Assembly (NCBI RefSeq): GCF_036321535.1
Contig: NC_087436.1
Coordinates: 52,144,001-52,208,000 of the forward strand
Source of the DNA: Camelus dromedarius
Lineage: Eukaryota
Length of the DNA stretch: 64,000 nt
Reading direction: 5' to 3'
Shown here: one piece after another, positions 27,820-40,839 of the stretch
Position numbering within the stretch: position 1 is the stretch's first letter
Layout of the letters: every line of letters starts with the position of its first letter
Program-made: the position numbers and the translations under genes
Notes under the pieces: generated by a model
Seen by the model: only the letters and a program-made list of their open reading frames with translations
Told to the model about the DNA's origin: nothing
The model's database searches: none

Positions 27820-27863
27820 GTTTCTGTCTGTCTTTCCTCTCTTTCTTTCTTTATTTTTTCTTT
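27583..27863. repeat. Compound (TTCC)n/(TTTC)n pyrimidine microsatellite
   Basis: ~280 bp almost pure pyrimidine tract with a long perfect TTTC run at ~27740-27818. Confidence 0.97.
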
Positions 27864-28222
27864 TGCAGAGGTTGGGGGAGTAAGTGCAAAGTAAGTTCTT
27901 GGTACCTCTGTTACGAGTGTGCAATGCCTAAACTTCTTGTTTGCTCCTACAACTCTGCTAAAGCTTTTACAGTTTAGCCCCAGGCATGTCCTGCTTCTCT
28001 TCCCACCCTACCCTCACCCCAGTGCACCCAAACTCCATTCACACCAGACTTCTCACCCATCATCTGAGCATAACATAGATTGTTGCATCCTCTACAGATT
28101 TGAAAATTCTCTTACTTCTTCGGAAAATTCTTCCTACTCTTTAACTCTTATTTATCCTTCAGGATCCTTCAACTGTCACCATGTCAATGAACATTTTTCT
28201 CCAGACAATTAACACCTGTTTC

Positions 28223-28425
28223 CAGGGGTATGCTGGTAAATGTTTAACAACCCATCACTCCAGGGGGAAAATGGCCCTGGTGTGTAGCATTTGCAGATTT
28301 TCTTGGTATAAATTCCCTTCCCCACCACTGATTTCAAATTACTACAGCTACTAAAGACGGTATTAGGAAGGGATGTGCTGAGTGTATCTCACTAGCTGAC
28401 AGCAGCCAGTTCCTGCACACGTCTG
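28223..28425. mobile_element. MER63-like hAT-Blackjack DNA transposon
   Basis: CAGgggtatgctggtaaatgtttaacaacc...tgtagcatttgcagattttcttggtataaat...cctgcacacgtCTG. Confidence 0.72.
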
Positions 28426-29852
28426 CTCCCTCCTCTCTAATACTTGTCACTGTCCACTGTCATCATTCACTTGATCTCCTAAAGTGAAGACCACGCTTTA
28501 TTCATATTTCCATTGCTAGCAGTTGGCACGTGGCAGGCAATAGGATAGGATAGGATTGGATTTACAAGAACATTTAATGGATAAATGATTTGGGTAGAAA
28601 ATTGTATTCTATATAGTGCTTTCCACATACCCCTAATTCAGTTAAAACTGAGGAAATCCAGGAGGCACTTAATGAATGGGTAGGAACTGTGAGCCATCGG
28701 GAGCCCAGGTCTGTACATGGCAGGTGTCCCACGTGTCAGAATCTCTCTTCACCCTGGCACTCGGCCCCTCATTGCTGTGATGGTGCTGCCGTTATCCGGT
28801 TCCCTCCAGAGGCTGAAATCCACCCTGTGGGGATACCACACTCACTCAGCAGACCGCTTGGCGTAGATACCTTTCAGACTTCAGGAGAAGTCAGCAAGGC
28901 ACTGCCTTAAGGTCAGGAAGGACACATGGTCAAAGTAAATCTTTCAAGAGTCCCTTGGTGTGTACATTCACCTTTGAGGAAGATTGAGTGTGCCCGGGCG
29001 CCTAGATCTGGAAATAGTGTCAATAATACCCCAGGCATAAAAGAAGATTAGAAATAAAAAAGGGAAGCGAGTGAGAGACCCAAAAAAAGAAGTGATAATT
29101 ATTTGAATGGAAACAGAAAATGAAAATTTACTTAAAATTACTCATTTTTTTAAACTTGTGAAATGTTGCCCTTTGGTTTTGGATTTTCAAGTTAAAATAA
29201 GTGATTATAATCTTCTCTGAGAAATAGCTACCACAGTTTTCATGTAACAGGTTTGTGTATATGTGTGTGTGTGTGTGCCTTAATTATTCAATATATTGAA
29301 TTTTAAGTTGAGCTACTGTGGTACATTTCCACAACTTAAATAGAACAAGTACCAAGAATGTTAAACGTGACATTGTATTTGCATGTCACAGCTAGTAAAA
29401 TTCTGAAAAAAAGTGCCTTTTTTCGTTGATCTTTGTATTGAATTATGGGCTGTGAGGATTTGCAATGGAACATAAGTATTTGAAAAAGACTTTTAATGAT
29501 CTCTGGAAAATACCAAAACCAGGAATAGCAATACTAAATATGCAAGGATCTTTACATTTGAACTTAATTCTATCCTGCTATTGTTCAGTTCCTGTAAGTT
29601 CAATTACATATTAGTTCAGATATTTTATTTGGATATTTTACATTTTGTGGATTGTAAATGTGTGGTATTCATATTGATTCGGATTATTTGGAAAATACTG
29701 AAGGTAATCCCCAGGATAAAAGTTGGAGGCATTTGTTTTTAATGTCTCTTCTTTAATTAATTCAATTGCCTTTTTGAGTAAATATATTCTACTTTTATAA
29801 AAGAAGTACTAAAAGCCTCTTACTTACCTGGGTTACTGAGAAATTTAAAAAG

Positions 29853-30033
29853 ATATCTGTCCTTCTCTGTCTGACCGACTTCACTAAGTATGATAATCTC
29901 TAGTCCAGCCATGTTGCTACTTAATGGCATTATTTCATACTTCACCAGAAACTGACACATTGTAAATCAACTATATAGCAATATAAATAAATACATACAC
30001 AGATAGATAGATAGACAGACAGACAGATAGATA
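29853..30033. mobile_element. Short L1 insertion with 5' inversion
   Basis: 29853-29938 is antisense L1 ORF2-end sequence; 29943-29995 is the sense L1 3' terminus, similar to 26944-26985; tail decayed into (GATA/GACA)n. Confidence 0.7.
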
Positions 30034-32723
30034 AGGGACAGCATTACTTCATTAAGAAAAGTGCTGCAATACGATGTGAATCCCCATTTGTTGGGAGCAC
30101 GACTGTGGACACATGAACTAGGGTATTCTGCTCTCTACTCTCCAGTGGAGTCATTAGATCTGAAAAGTGAGGAATGCTAAACTGGCTCCAACTGTCAGAA
30201 TGTTCATTTTACATTTAAAATTCTGTATTTATTTGAGCATTTTTCTGAGTACCAGCTTATACTGAGCTGAAAAGGACAGCTCTACATAATTTATTCCCCT
30301 TTTTTTCCTGCCTAGTTTCTGGCTTTTCATTGCTCTGGTTATGCTTTTTACAAGTCCTTTAATGAAAATTTCCTGAGAGATTATCCTTCTTATATATTTT
30401 TCACTTCCTTGATTTTACATTTTTCCCCTTCTCATTTCTCTTAAATATATCCCATTTCATTTCTAGACATTTAACTACTTCTTCTTGCTGCTTTCCTGGT
30501 TGTGCTTCTAAATATAGTCCCCATTTTTGGAGCGCTCCCCTACTTTCCAGTCTTTGTGTCTGTTGGATTGACCTTATGATCTGGCCATACTGTTCTTGGA
30601 GAGGGTCAGAATCTTTCCCCTTAGCACATCATGACCTCTCAGTGGACTGGGTTAGACTTGGGAAAATTAAACGTAGAGTGATAATAGCAGGCTGAATAGT
30701 TAGACTGAAGCAGGATTTAACTGAAGAACTAAAAAAATAGAAAAACTACTGTAAGAAGACTAATTGCCATCCCACTTTTTTCCCTTATCAAGTGTCCTTT
30801 AGTAGTCTCTTGATCATAAATCATCTAAAATTAAGGCATAGACACTTCAGACATTCACATGGTCTCTAGGACAGGATTTCTTATATAAAGAATCTTCATT
30901 ACAAATCATGGATAATAAATATTGTTAGAAACTCGGAATAAAGTTTGAGGCAGCACCTACACACGTCCCATTTTCTTCTCCAATGTTTTGGCCAGCAGAG
31001 TATAATTCAAGGGACCAATCATGAATGAGGATCCATGGTTCCACTTCATTATCAGAAATGCTGGATTGGACGGTGGCTTTCTCCCAGATGGATTTAAACT
31101 TACTCCACTCATTTGCAGGCAGGAGAGCTGGCAATACTAAGTTCTGTTAATCAGATGTGTGGGGGGATACCTGCCATGGTGTGATTGCCACTAGAGAAAA
31201 AGAAATAGACAACAATATGGGCTGTTTGAAGGCTTTCAGGTCAGAGAGGAAGTGAGAGGAAACCAGCTGCCTAGTACAGCTTTCTGAGGAATATCCCTGG
31301 GTGCGTGAGGTGGGTGTGGGTTGGCATCACCTCTGACAAATTAACCCACCCAGGAGGAAAACGTGGCCTGTTGTGTTTTCGCTTTCTTGGGTGGAGAGAA
31401 AAGCAGAGACCTTTTTCTGGCCATTTCAAAATTGTATGAGTGTTGGTGTGGGTTTTCTTTCTTATAGACATGTTAGAGCTGTGATTAATTGTTTGGCCCT
31501 TAGCAAACAATGAAAAAGATTCCAAACTGAATTCTTAAAAGTCAGGGGAAACAACAGAAATCTTTCCTTCCAAATAAGGTCAGAAATCTTGTTCTTACCA
31601 TGGATTAAAAGACCAAAACTTACACCAGTTACCATCTATAGACCATTCTCTGAACACATTCTATGACTTAAACTGTTCATTTAGGTGAGGAACATTTCAT
31701 TATCTGCTATTCTCTGAAAGGAATATTTTGTTGTATTTCTGTTAGTGGCAGAAGAATTAGAAAAATGATCTGCTGGTGTTAACACTTCCTACAAAGTCCC
31801 ATATGATGTGTGAAAAAGACATCTTATCCTTTTTACCTCGGATTATAAACACCTTAAAAAGAGAGGGTTTTTTTGTTTGTTTTGTTTTTTGCACTTCTCT
31901 AAACATTAACTTGAGAATTTAAGAAAAAATAAAATAGTTTCACTAAAGATCATACAGTATTATTTTTAAAATATAAAAAAGGAAACTATTTATTATAATA
32001 ATAAGTAGATTTTTTTTTTTAATTTGGAAAATGCAGTCAGTGACAAAACTGAGACAGGCCTGTGCGTGACATTTTTACATAGGTGCTAAAATATAAACCA
32101 CGTGCCACGATCTGTCACCAAGTCCAGCTTAGTAGGTTTTCCACTTTTTCCTCTAGGTCTTGTGAACCGACTGCGAGAGGAAAGACTACCAAGCACAGAA
32201 CAGATGTTTTATGACCGTTAATTAATGTAAAGGATATTCCAGGGAACGTAGGGGGTTAAGATAGCTCCTAGCTTGATCACTTCAAGGGAGAACTTTTGAA
32301 AAAGAAGTTTCCTAAAGTAGTCTTCCCAACGTGGAGCCCGGAAGTGGGTAGAAGATTCTAGTGACTCACTTTTTCTGCCAATGCACATTCTCTTTGTATA
32401 AGCAGAAGAGAAGGGAACTCAATTAGAAGAGAAGGGTAGGAACCTGCCCCACCTGCTCAGTGATTTTTCAGTAAGCTGTTTACCCCTCCCCCTGGAACGC
32501 TCAGAAGTGGCTCTCTGGCATTTAGGGGACCTCTGAAGAATCACAGGCAAGTATTCATGGTCAGAAGCATAGGCTTTTAAACTTGATTTACAGGTAAATC
32601 CTTAGAGAGGGAAAACCAAACAAACCAACCTGGTTTTTCTGAGTACAGTCTGTTAAGTATGTAAATTGGTAAAATAGTTAGAGTTAAAGAAAAAGTCATC
32701 TGACTTCTTAACTCTGTTTTTAA

Positions 32724-32882
<159 letters not shown>

Positions 32883-35544
32883 TAATCTGGTAATTTAAAC
32901 ATTTTACAAGAAACTATTTGCTTTTCATAATTATTTTTTAATGGAATTGTCAGTTCCTCACTATTTTAGTCAAATTGAGACTACTAAATTATTTCCATAG
33001 AGAAAGCCTCTAAATGGACTGCTTCACATTTTATCCCTCTGTTTGCTGCAGGACTTTAAAACCTTCATTTCACAATAGATTGAACATGTTATAAAATAGA
33101 AAAGCTATTATAATCCTTTTTATTTTTCACTCTTGCTCTGCAGTAAAAGATGAATTTATCAGGTGCATTCCACTAGATTTCTAGGAAATGAGCATCAACC
33201 GTAAAGCATGTTCATGTGAATCTAAATTATTGTAATAAATCATTGAAGGAAAAAAGTTATTTAGTGTTTCAATTCCCATATGGTAGTTATTTTTTAAATA
33301 GATCATGAATCATGTTATTAAGCATGGATTTAGAAGACAAGTATTTTCTCGAAGAGTATTAACTACACTTTTCTTTACTTAAATTCAGTTATCTATTCCT
33401 GGATAATACAAAGTAACTATATTTCTCTTGGAAATATTGCTTTCAAATACGGTATTATTGTATGTTAGGAATATACAGTCAGTTCACAATTACACATTAA
33501 CAAGGGTAAATAGGAATATCTTGGGAGTAAATCCATCTCCACATTGTATAATTTCATAACATAATATCTGCCAGATTTTTTTTTTCCAACTCTTTTTCCA
33601 GGAGTCGCTACCCTGGCTCTTTTGATTTCTCCTTCTTGCTATTTCTACCCTACTCTTGGTAGAGTCACTCAAGAGTAATTAAGTGATTTGACACCAAAAG
33701 CAGGAGCCAGGAGAAGGATGAAAAGCACGATCATCCTTTCCCAGAGACACCAGATCAAAGGCAGGAATAGCTCCGCGGTAGCAGCCAAATCTTGAAAAGT
33801 CCTGTGAGAGCTAAGGACGAGCATAGTCGCTCCCCACAGCCTAGTGAATGCGGCCACTGCGGCTCCAGTGCTTTATATTCCTCACTGAACTTGCAGGGCT
33901 CATTCATTCATTCAAAATAAATGTAATAAAGCAGTGGAAGAAAAAAATTTTTAAAAAGTCTTTGTACCTACATGTCTGCAGAATACATGAAGGTGGCAGG
34001 CGCAGTGCTGCAGAATCATAGATTGGTCTTAAGATTGGAAAGCTCTGCTAGTCCCCTGCCTGCTGGTTTGTAAGATGCAGTTATTCCCAGCTGAGAAATG
34101 GTTCATTTGAACCCACTGATGATCAGTTACTTAAGATTTCACATATTGATAGAAAAATAAAAACACGGGGCATAGTATTGCTTCCTATAATAAAAGCGTC
34201 TGTCGTAAATGTGTTGAACACAGGGTGGTCATATCTAGAGAAAAGTAAGTCATGATTGAGCGTTAAATGTATACTATACACTACGTTAGGCAAAGTGGAC
34301 ACCAAATTGAAATGCCAGATGTGTAGACAGTAAATTAAATAAGGCAATGGGATGTATGCTAAATACATGGAGAGGCACCCTGCTGTGGAAGAGGCCAGGA
34401 AGGAGCCCTTTTGTTTCCTGAAAGGAATGTTTGTGAAGAGGTTGCCGTTGGGGAAGTGCTGTGGAGGCTAGGCTGGATTCCACTAGGTGGAGGACTGTGG
34501 TGAAGGCATTCCTGGCAGCTGAGAAATCCTCAAGATCCCAGGGACCTAAGAGCAGTGTTTTCTGGGGTGCTCGTTAAGGGCCAGATGCCCTATGCCCCGT
34601 GGCGCACCCATTTGAGAGGAATCCACATAGCAAGCTGGCAAAGTGGAGTTGACCTCAATGAGGAAACCAACTGAAAGAGGCTAAGCAACGTGTCCAAACT
34701 CACTCAGTTAGTGAGCAGTACTGATGAGAATCTGACTTGAAAGTAAACTGTGTAGTCAGTGAATCCTAAGTATTTAGAAGAGCTGGATAATAAGACATGA
34801 AGATGAGTGTGGAATCTAGTAAAAAATGAGGCTGAAAAGTGTATTTAAGTCCAGATTCTCGATGGATTTGAAGACCATGGTTAAGCATGTAATTTTTTAT
34901 ATCTTGGCAACAAGGAGTCATGGATGGTTTTCACAGGATGAGAGGCATGCTGTAACCCATGTTGAGATGAATATGTAATGACCGTGTGAAGATCGCATAG
35001 CAAGATGACTTACAGGTGTCAGAGCATTTAAGAAGCCATTGAAGTAATCCAAGCAAAAGATGTTGAAGCAGACTGTGGGAGGAGAGATGCAAGGGAAGAG
35101 ATGAATACAAGGAGTTTGTGAAGCTAGATGTTTTAACATGTAATGGATGAATCCGGATGGTGGTACACATTTGTCAGGTAGAGCTGTCCAACACAGTCCT
35201 GACATTTTGATAATTTGCAATATTGTAAGGGAACCAGAAACCTGTCTTTCAGGAGCCCTGGCCCATAAGGAGCTGCATGTTGCTGGGATCCACCAGTCAA
35301 GTGAATGCACTCAGGACTTGTGCTTCAAAGTGAACATCCTGGGGAAGGAGCTAGCAGAGAAGGCAATTCCTCTGTCAGGTGTGGAATCGGAGGGGCCAAG
35401 AGGAGAAGAGTTTTCTTTCTCAGCATACTGGGGACTAACCATTAGCCTGAGCTTACGGGTTGGCTCTAAATAGCAGGAAAAGACTCAGAAATCTAAAATG
35501 TGGATTAACACTACCATGCCTCATTCTATTTTCCTTTGACTCCT

Positions 35545-36830
35545 TCCCTTAGCAAATGTTTTTTGAATGTCGATCGACTATGTACAGAGTCCTGTTCTGA
35601 TCTAGGTGTTGTGGATGGAGCAGAAACAAAGCAGTCAGAAACCCCTGTTCACTTGAAGCTTCTCTAGCTAGGGTGGATGTAGCAGGCAGAGGAGCTCAAA
35701 AGAAATTACTTACTTACTTACTTACTTAATTAATTAAAAAATAAAATAGGCAAGGAGAGATAAAGAGTAAGAAGGTGCATATATTTTAATTAGCATTTGA
35801 TTTAGCATTTTCAAGGAAGTCCTCACTTAGGAGGCAATGCTTGAGCAGAGAGTTGGAGGCTGGGAGGGACGGAGTCACACAGATACCTGGGGGAAGAGTG
35901 TGACAGAACAGTGCAGCACCCCGAGGCGAGGTGTGCAGGGTGTGTTTGAGGAACACTAAGGGAAGTGGTCGCTGGTAAGACATGAAGTCCGAGAGATGGG
36001 TGAGGATGGGAGACTGTGGGTTGGGAGCTAGTTCTTTAGGGCTCTGGGCAAATCTTTTAAAGATTTATGCCTTTCACCTTTAATAAGAGGAGAAACCATT
36101 GGAGAGTTTTGCATAGAGGAGTGACAGGATCTGTGTAGGTACTAAAAGGCTCAACCTGGCTAGTATACTGAGAATAGATAATGGGAGGAGGGGGCACGAG
36201 CGTGACCAGGCTGGAGCAGAGAGACCAGTTAAGAGGCTGCTGGAGTGATCCAGGTAAGATGCTGGTGGTTAGGGAAAGAAGTCAGTCACAGAAGACCACA
36301 AGCTGCCATTTGTAAGAAGTGTCCAGAAGAAGCAAATCTACAGAAAGCAGATGAGTGGTTGTATAGGACTGAAAGAAATGCAGAGTGACCTCTAATGGAC
36401 ACAAGATTTCTTTCTGGATTAATGAAAATGTGCTGAAATTCATTGTGGTGATGGTTTCACAACTATGTAAACAGAAGAAAAACCATTGATTGAATTATAC
36501 ACTTTAAGTGGGCAGATTGTTATGGTAACTTAGTTATATCACAAAAAAAGGCTGTTTTTAAAAGCGGTGAGGGACTGGTATTGTGACAAGTGGTAAGATA
36601 CTGGAAATATTTGAAGGGTAGAACCCTCAAGATTTACTGACTGATAGATGTGGAATAAGAAAGGATAAAAGGAGCAAAAGGGTCATTCTTTCAACTAAGA
36701 TGAACATGAAGTTAAAACAATTTTTTAAAAAAGATGAAGTTGAAGAAAGATTGTGAAGTAGTAGCTTTGGGGGTAGTTTGGGAATTTTGTTTGGGTCATA
36801 TTAGCCATCTTCATAAAAATGTGACATAGA
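35545..36830 (-). mobile_element. L2 LINE fragment, interrupted by the L1MB piece
   Basis: Reverse-complement L2 3' end (agcaaatgttttttgaatg...) followed by typical purine-rich antisense L2 (ggagagttttgcatagaggagtgacaggatctg, gagaccagttaagaggctgc). Confidence 0.75.
36270..36562 (+). mobile_element. L1MB-type 3' UTR fragment inserted in an L2
   Basis: gaaagaagtcagtcacagaagacc...gcaaatctacagaaagcagatgagtggttg...tgtggtgatggtttcacaactatgtaaa...aaggctgttttta. Confidence 0.8.
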
Positions 36831-37682
36831 TAGTTGTACATATTACAGACATTATATGTGTGTGTGTGTGTGTGTACTGTAACTATTTTTTTTTCTGGTT
36901 ATGTCAGATAACAGGGTCTGTTATATGGAAATATATGAGGTGATTCCTATTTTATGGTTATTTAATCATTTGATTAATGCTTTGCTGTGATTACTAAATG
37001 TAATCAAAATAATGAATGAAGTATATAAAACGGATGATAAAACAATTATCATAATGAGTAGTCAAGTAATTTTATATTAAGCAAATCAGTGGGGAAAGAG
37101 GCTGAAAAGAAAAGCTGGAAACTTCACCAGTTGTTTTATTGACTAGTTGCCATTATTTCTGGTGTGTGTCATGTAATGTCAGAATTCCTTAATGATCCCC
37201 GGATGTGGTTCCTAGTTTCTCGATCCATAGATCGGATTTTTTTCATCTCTCAGGTAGTCTCTGGTCTTCTCTCCCCAGTCAGATCAGCTCTACTTCTTTT
37301 TGCTGAGCCTTGGCTGGAAAACTGACATCAGCAGTCTCCCTGGCTTTGTTTGTTTGTTTTTTAACATACTTACGGTGTCACGGAGGCTGCCCACAAACAC
37401 TGTACTGTGATGCCGGCGTGCAAAATCAGAATTGTGTTCTGTATCTTGAGTACTCAGAAGGGACGGAACCTCCACCACGGTGTAATTCCAAACTCTATCC
37501 TAGCAGTCGTGTCATTTACATAGCATGACTTCTACATCAATGTATGAAAATACAGTATGTTTTAAGTACAAAAAAGAGAGAGAGAGAAAGCGATCAAGAG
37601 AGGTAAATGTGAGTTCGTTCTTACATACATTTCTTTTTTCGCTTCAAGTTTTTTCTTTTTCCTGAAAGAAAATAAAAGGTAA

Positions 37683-37877
<195 letters not shown>

Positions 37878-38401
37878 TGATTTATTCATCCATTTGAGTT
37901 TGGTGTTGGTCTTCAGTTCTTCTCCGCTGGAAGCAGGGCTGAAACCTCCCAGCGGTTTGACCAGTCACGCCCCCACTCAGTCGCGCCCTCATTGCCTGGA
38001 ATGGTGGTCTGTACCCCGCCGCCCCCATCTCCTCATTTGCGTATGAACCAGGATTTCAGGCCCGGCTGTGAGACAGCTCGTTCAGGTCACGCACATGCAC
38101 AGTAGAGTTGGCCACTTGGAGCCAAGCAGTTGCTAGAAACGACTTTTTAATTACATTTTTCTTAAATGTATTGGTTATCTGTTTGCTTGATGAAATAAAC
38201 ACATACACACATAAATATACATGCCTAAGCCTAGGATTTACTGGAGAATGGAAGAATATAAAAGGGCTGATTTCATTATCCACTGGAATTGAAATTGAAG
38301 CCATATGGGTCTTTTCTCAGATTTATTCATCTAAAACAAAGGAGACTGAGTAGAACCATATTTTATTTTTGAAAACAGATGAAATCTCTAGTTTTTTGGT
38401 T

Positions 38402-38601
38402 GAGTGCTGTCCACTAGAACTTCATGTGATGATGGAGATTTCTGTATCTGTACAGAAGCCACTGGCAATATATGGGGCTATTGAGCACTTGAAATACAGC
38501 TCATACAGCCGAGAAAACTGAATTTTTTATTTCATCTAATTTTCATTAGTTTGATTTAAATAGCTACATGTGGCTAGTGGCTACCATATTAGACAGCACA
38601 G
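38402..38601. mobile_element. MER3-like hAT-Charlie non-autonomous DNA transposon
   Basis: Imperfect inverted ends gtgctgtccactag / atattagacagcac; internal ctattgagcacttgaaat and tagctacatgtggctagtggctacc. Confidence 0.8.
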
Positions 38602-40809
38602 TCAATATAGCTATTTTACTTTTGTTACTTATGTTTTTTTTACCTATTTTAAGTAATATCATTCATTAGAGTCCAATTTTAGCATACTTTATGGAAATTG
38701 TGCTTTTTTATTCGACTTTAATTGAAAAAATTGAAAACAGAAATATGCTATAACATTTTCAAAACAATCTCAGCCTCTTGCTTATGTTCCTGTATCTTTC
38801 CCTGAAGCTTTTTTTGTGTTTTCTTTTCTATCCTTGTCCCAGATTCTGGTATTCTCATGGTTATGTTGTTTAGATTCACCTCTTTCACATAGAGAGTGAT
38901 GTCCAACTTCATCAATACGGTTCTGCTAAGTGATCACATTCCGGCAGCATCACTGTAATTTCCTTTATTTTCGTGTGAATTTATTCCAAAATCAATGCCC
39001 CTTAGTTTCCACAAAAAGAAAAAATTTCTAAATGAAGGTAGGAGAATACCACAGAACTGAAGTAAATTGGCCCTTTCATTTATAGCTAATGATTATTTAA
39101 TAACCAAAAAAAAAAACCCCCAAAATTTCCCACCAAAGTAAACATGCTGTCTAAGAACATTAGCACAAAGAGATAATTTATATGCACAAAATGCACAACC
39201 ATCTAATTGACTGAAATCTGCATAGTTTCTGAGAAGCACAGTTTTAAGGTACAGCAAGTATATTATCAGAAACTATGGGCCACAATTGCTTTAGAAGAAT
39301 ACATTTAATGATGAAAGTACATATTTTTAATATGTTGGTGCTGGTGCGGTTCCAGATGTTTGCTTTACTTTTAAACTTACAGTTCTTTGTTTTGTTTCTG
39401 GATTTTTACCTGGGTTATTCAGTTTCCTTTTCTGTTGTTTTATTTTAAATCCATTGGTTTGTTATTCTGTGTTGAACTTACATACACACACAAGCACATA
39501 CATAGATAGCAGACATAAGGTTTGGAACCTCAGTAGTCCTGAGAATTGGAAAAGCCATTGTATATTTTAAACCATGTACATCAGTACAATTTCAAAATTC
39601 ATTGTCTGATGCCCTTTAATTTGTCCAAAAGGGGAAACTACTTAAAGTTTTGCTATTTAGCTTTTCTCCATGGTGGTAACCATTCTGCATTTCTATCATA
39701 AGGAATTTGAAATGCACTATAAGTGAATTATACTGCACATTTAGCAGTTACTCTAGTTTTAAGACCTTCAATTATAAGAAATCTGCAAATTAAAGTCAAG
39801 GGGTAGGATTTTAATATTAAACATTTTGGAGTTACAGAGGAGTTTTGCATTTTCGCACTTAATTAGGGAAGTATCCCCTAGCTTTAATAGCATAGTAGGA
39901 TTCATATACCTGTATAGTGAGAATGTAGACCTTAACCTTATTGTAAAAATAGCTGATAAAGCAATGGGCGTTTAAAGTTTGCCTCTAAAATATGCTTAGG
40001 TTTCAGTATTTAGACCATCTTTTCTTTAAAACACTAATAGAATTATTGATGCTACTGGCATGTTACCTCTTGATGGTAACATTGCAAGAATTTTGTTTCC
40101 CAAAATGATATTCCAATGAGGAAAACTCATTTTAAAATGGGTTGCCTGGCAAAAGAAGTCCAAACTATACCCATTTTTTCCTGTTCCTTTTGCCTTTCTC
40201 TGTCACCACTCTAAACATGCCCAGTGTTTGTCTTTAAAAGTCCCACATGTTATCAAAGCAGACACATTGATTTTATTCTTCCTCTAAATGTATATCCTCC
40301 CTGCTTTTCCATCCCACTAGGAAATCATGCTATTTAATATTAAACAGCATAAATTATGCCACTGACATTATGGTAATGCTTCAACTTCTGCTGTTTTAGG
40401 GGGGCATTTTAAAACTATAAATCGCTAATCATAGTAGTGGATTTATCATACTTTGTATGAGCCAAATGCACATTTTAGGTTGACCGAGTGCCCTGTAGAT
40501 TCAGTCTAAGCGAAAGAAACCTTCCCTGAGTGTTTTCCAAAGGTTGATCGTTTTGTCGTTCATTTAGTGAGCAAAATCCAAAGCGGTTCACTCAGATAGG
40601 TGTATCCAGCTCATGAAATAAACTTACCACTTTCGTTGTGTTTTTTCCCTTTCTTTTTAGCATTTCTGTTTTGTTGTCTGTGTCAGAATCCAGCACTTAC
40701 AGGAACATTAATCCTCTTAGCTCCCTTGATCGTCACTGATTTGTTCTTAGAGTTAAAAATCCTCTGCTCATTTTTCTCATTCATTTTGCACCCCCTTTCT
40801 TCTCTTCAG

Positions 40810-40839
40810 CTACTGTTGAGGCTATTGAGGCTGATGAAG
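40810..40839 (+). CDS. PPP3CA: PPP3CA exon 13, 30-nt frame-preserving cassette microexon
   Basis: cttcag|CTACTGTTGAGGCTATTGAGGCTGATGAAG|gtaaat; ATVEAIEADE is the known alternatively spliced 10-aa insert; phase 1/1. Confidence 0.96.

Noticed and set aside
27522..27977. Overlapping 122-151 aa ORFs (FLPS/KKER repeats)
   Set aside because: Translations of the TTCC/TTTC microsatellite, which lacks stop codons.
31280..31370. NFAT-like GGAGGAAAA, kB-like and KLF motifs suggesting calcineurin feedback
   Set aside because: Short motifs expected by chance in 64 kb; no independent support.
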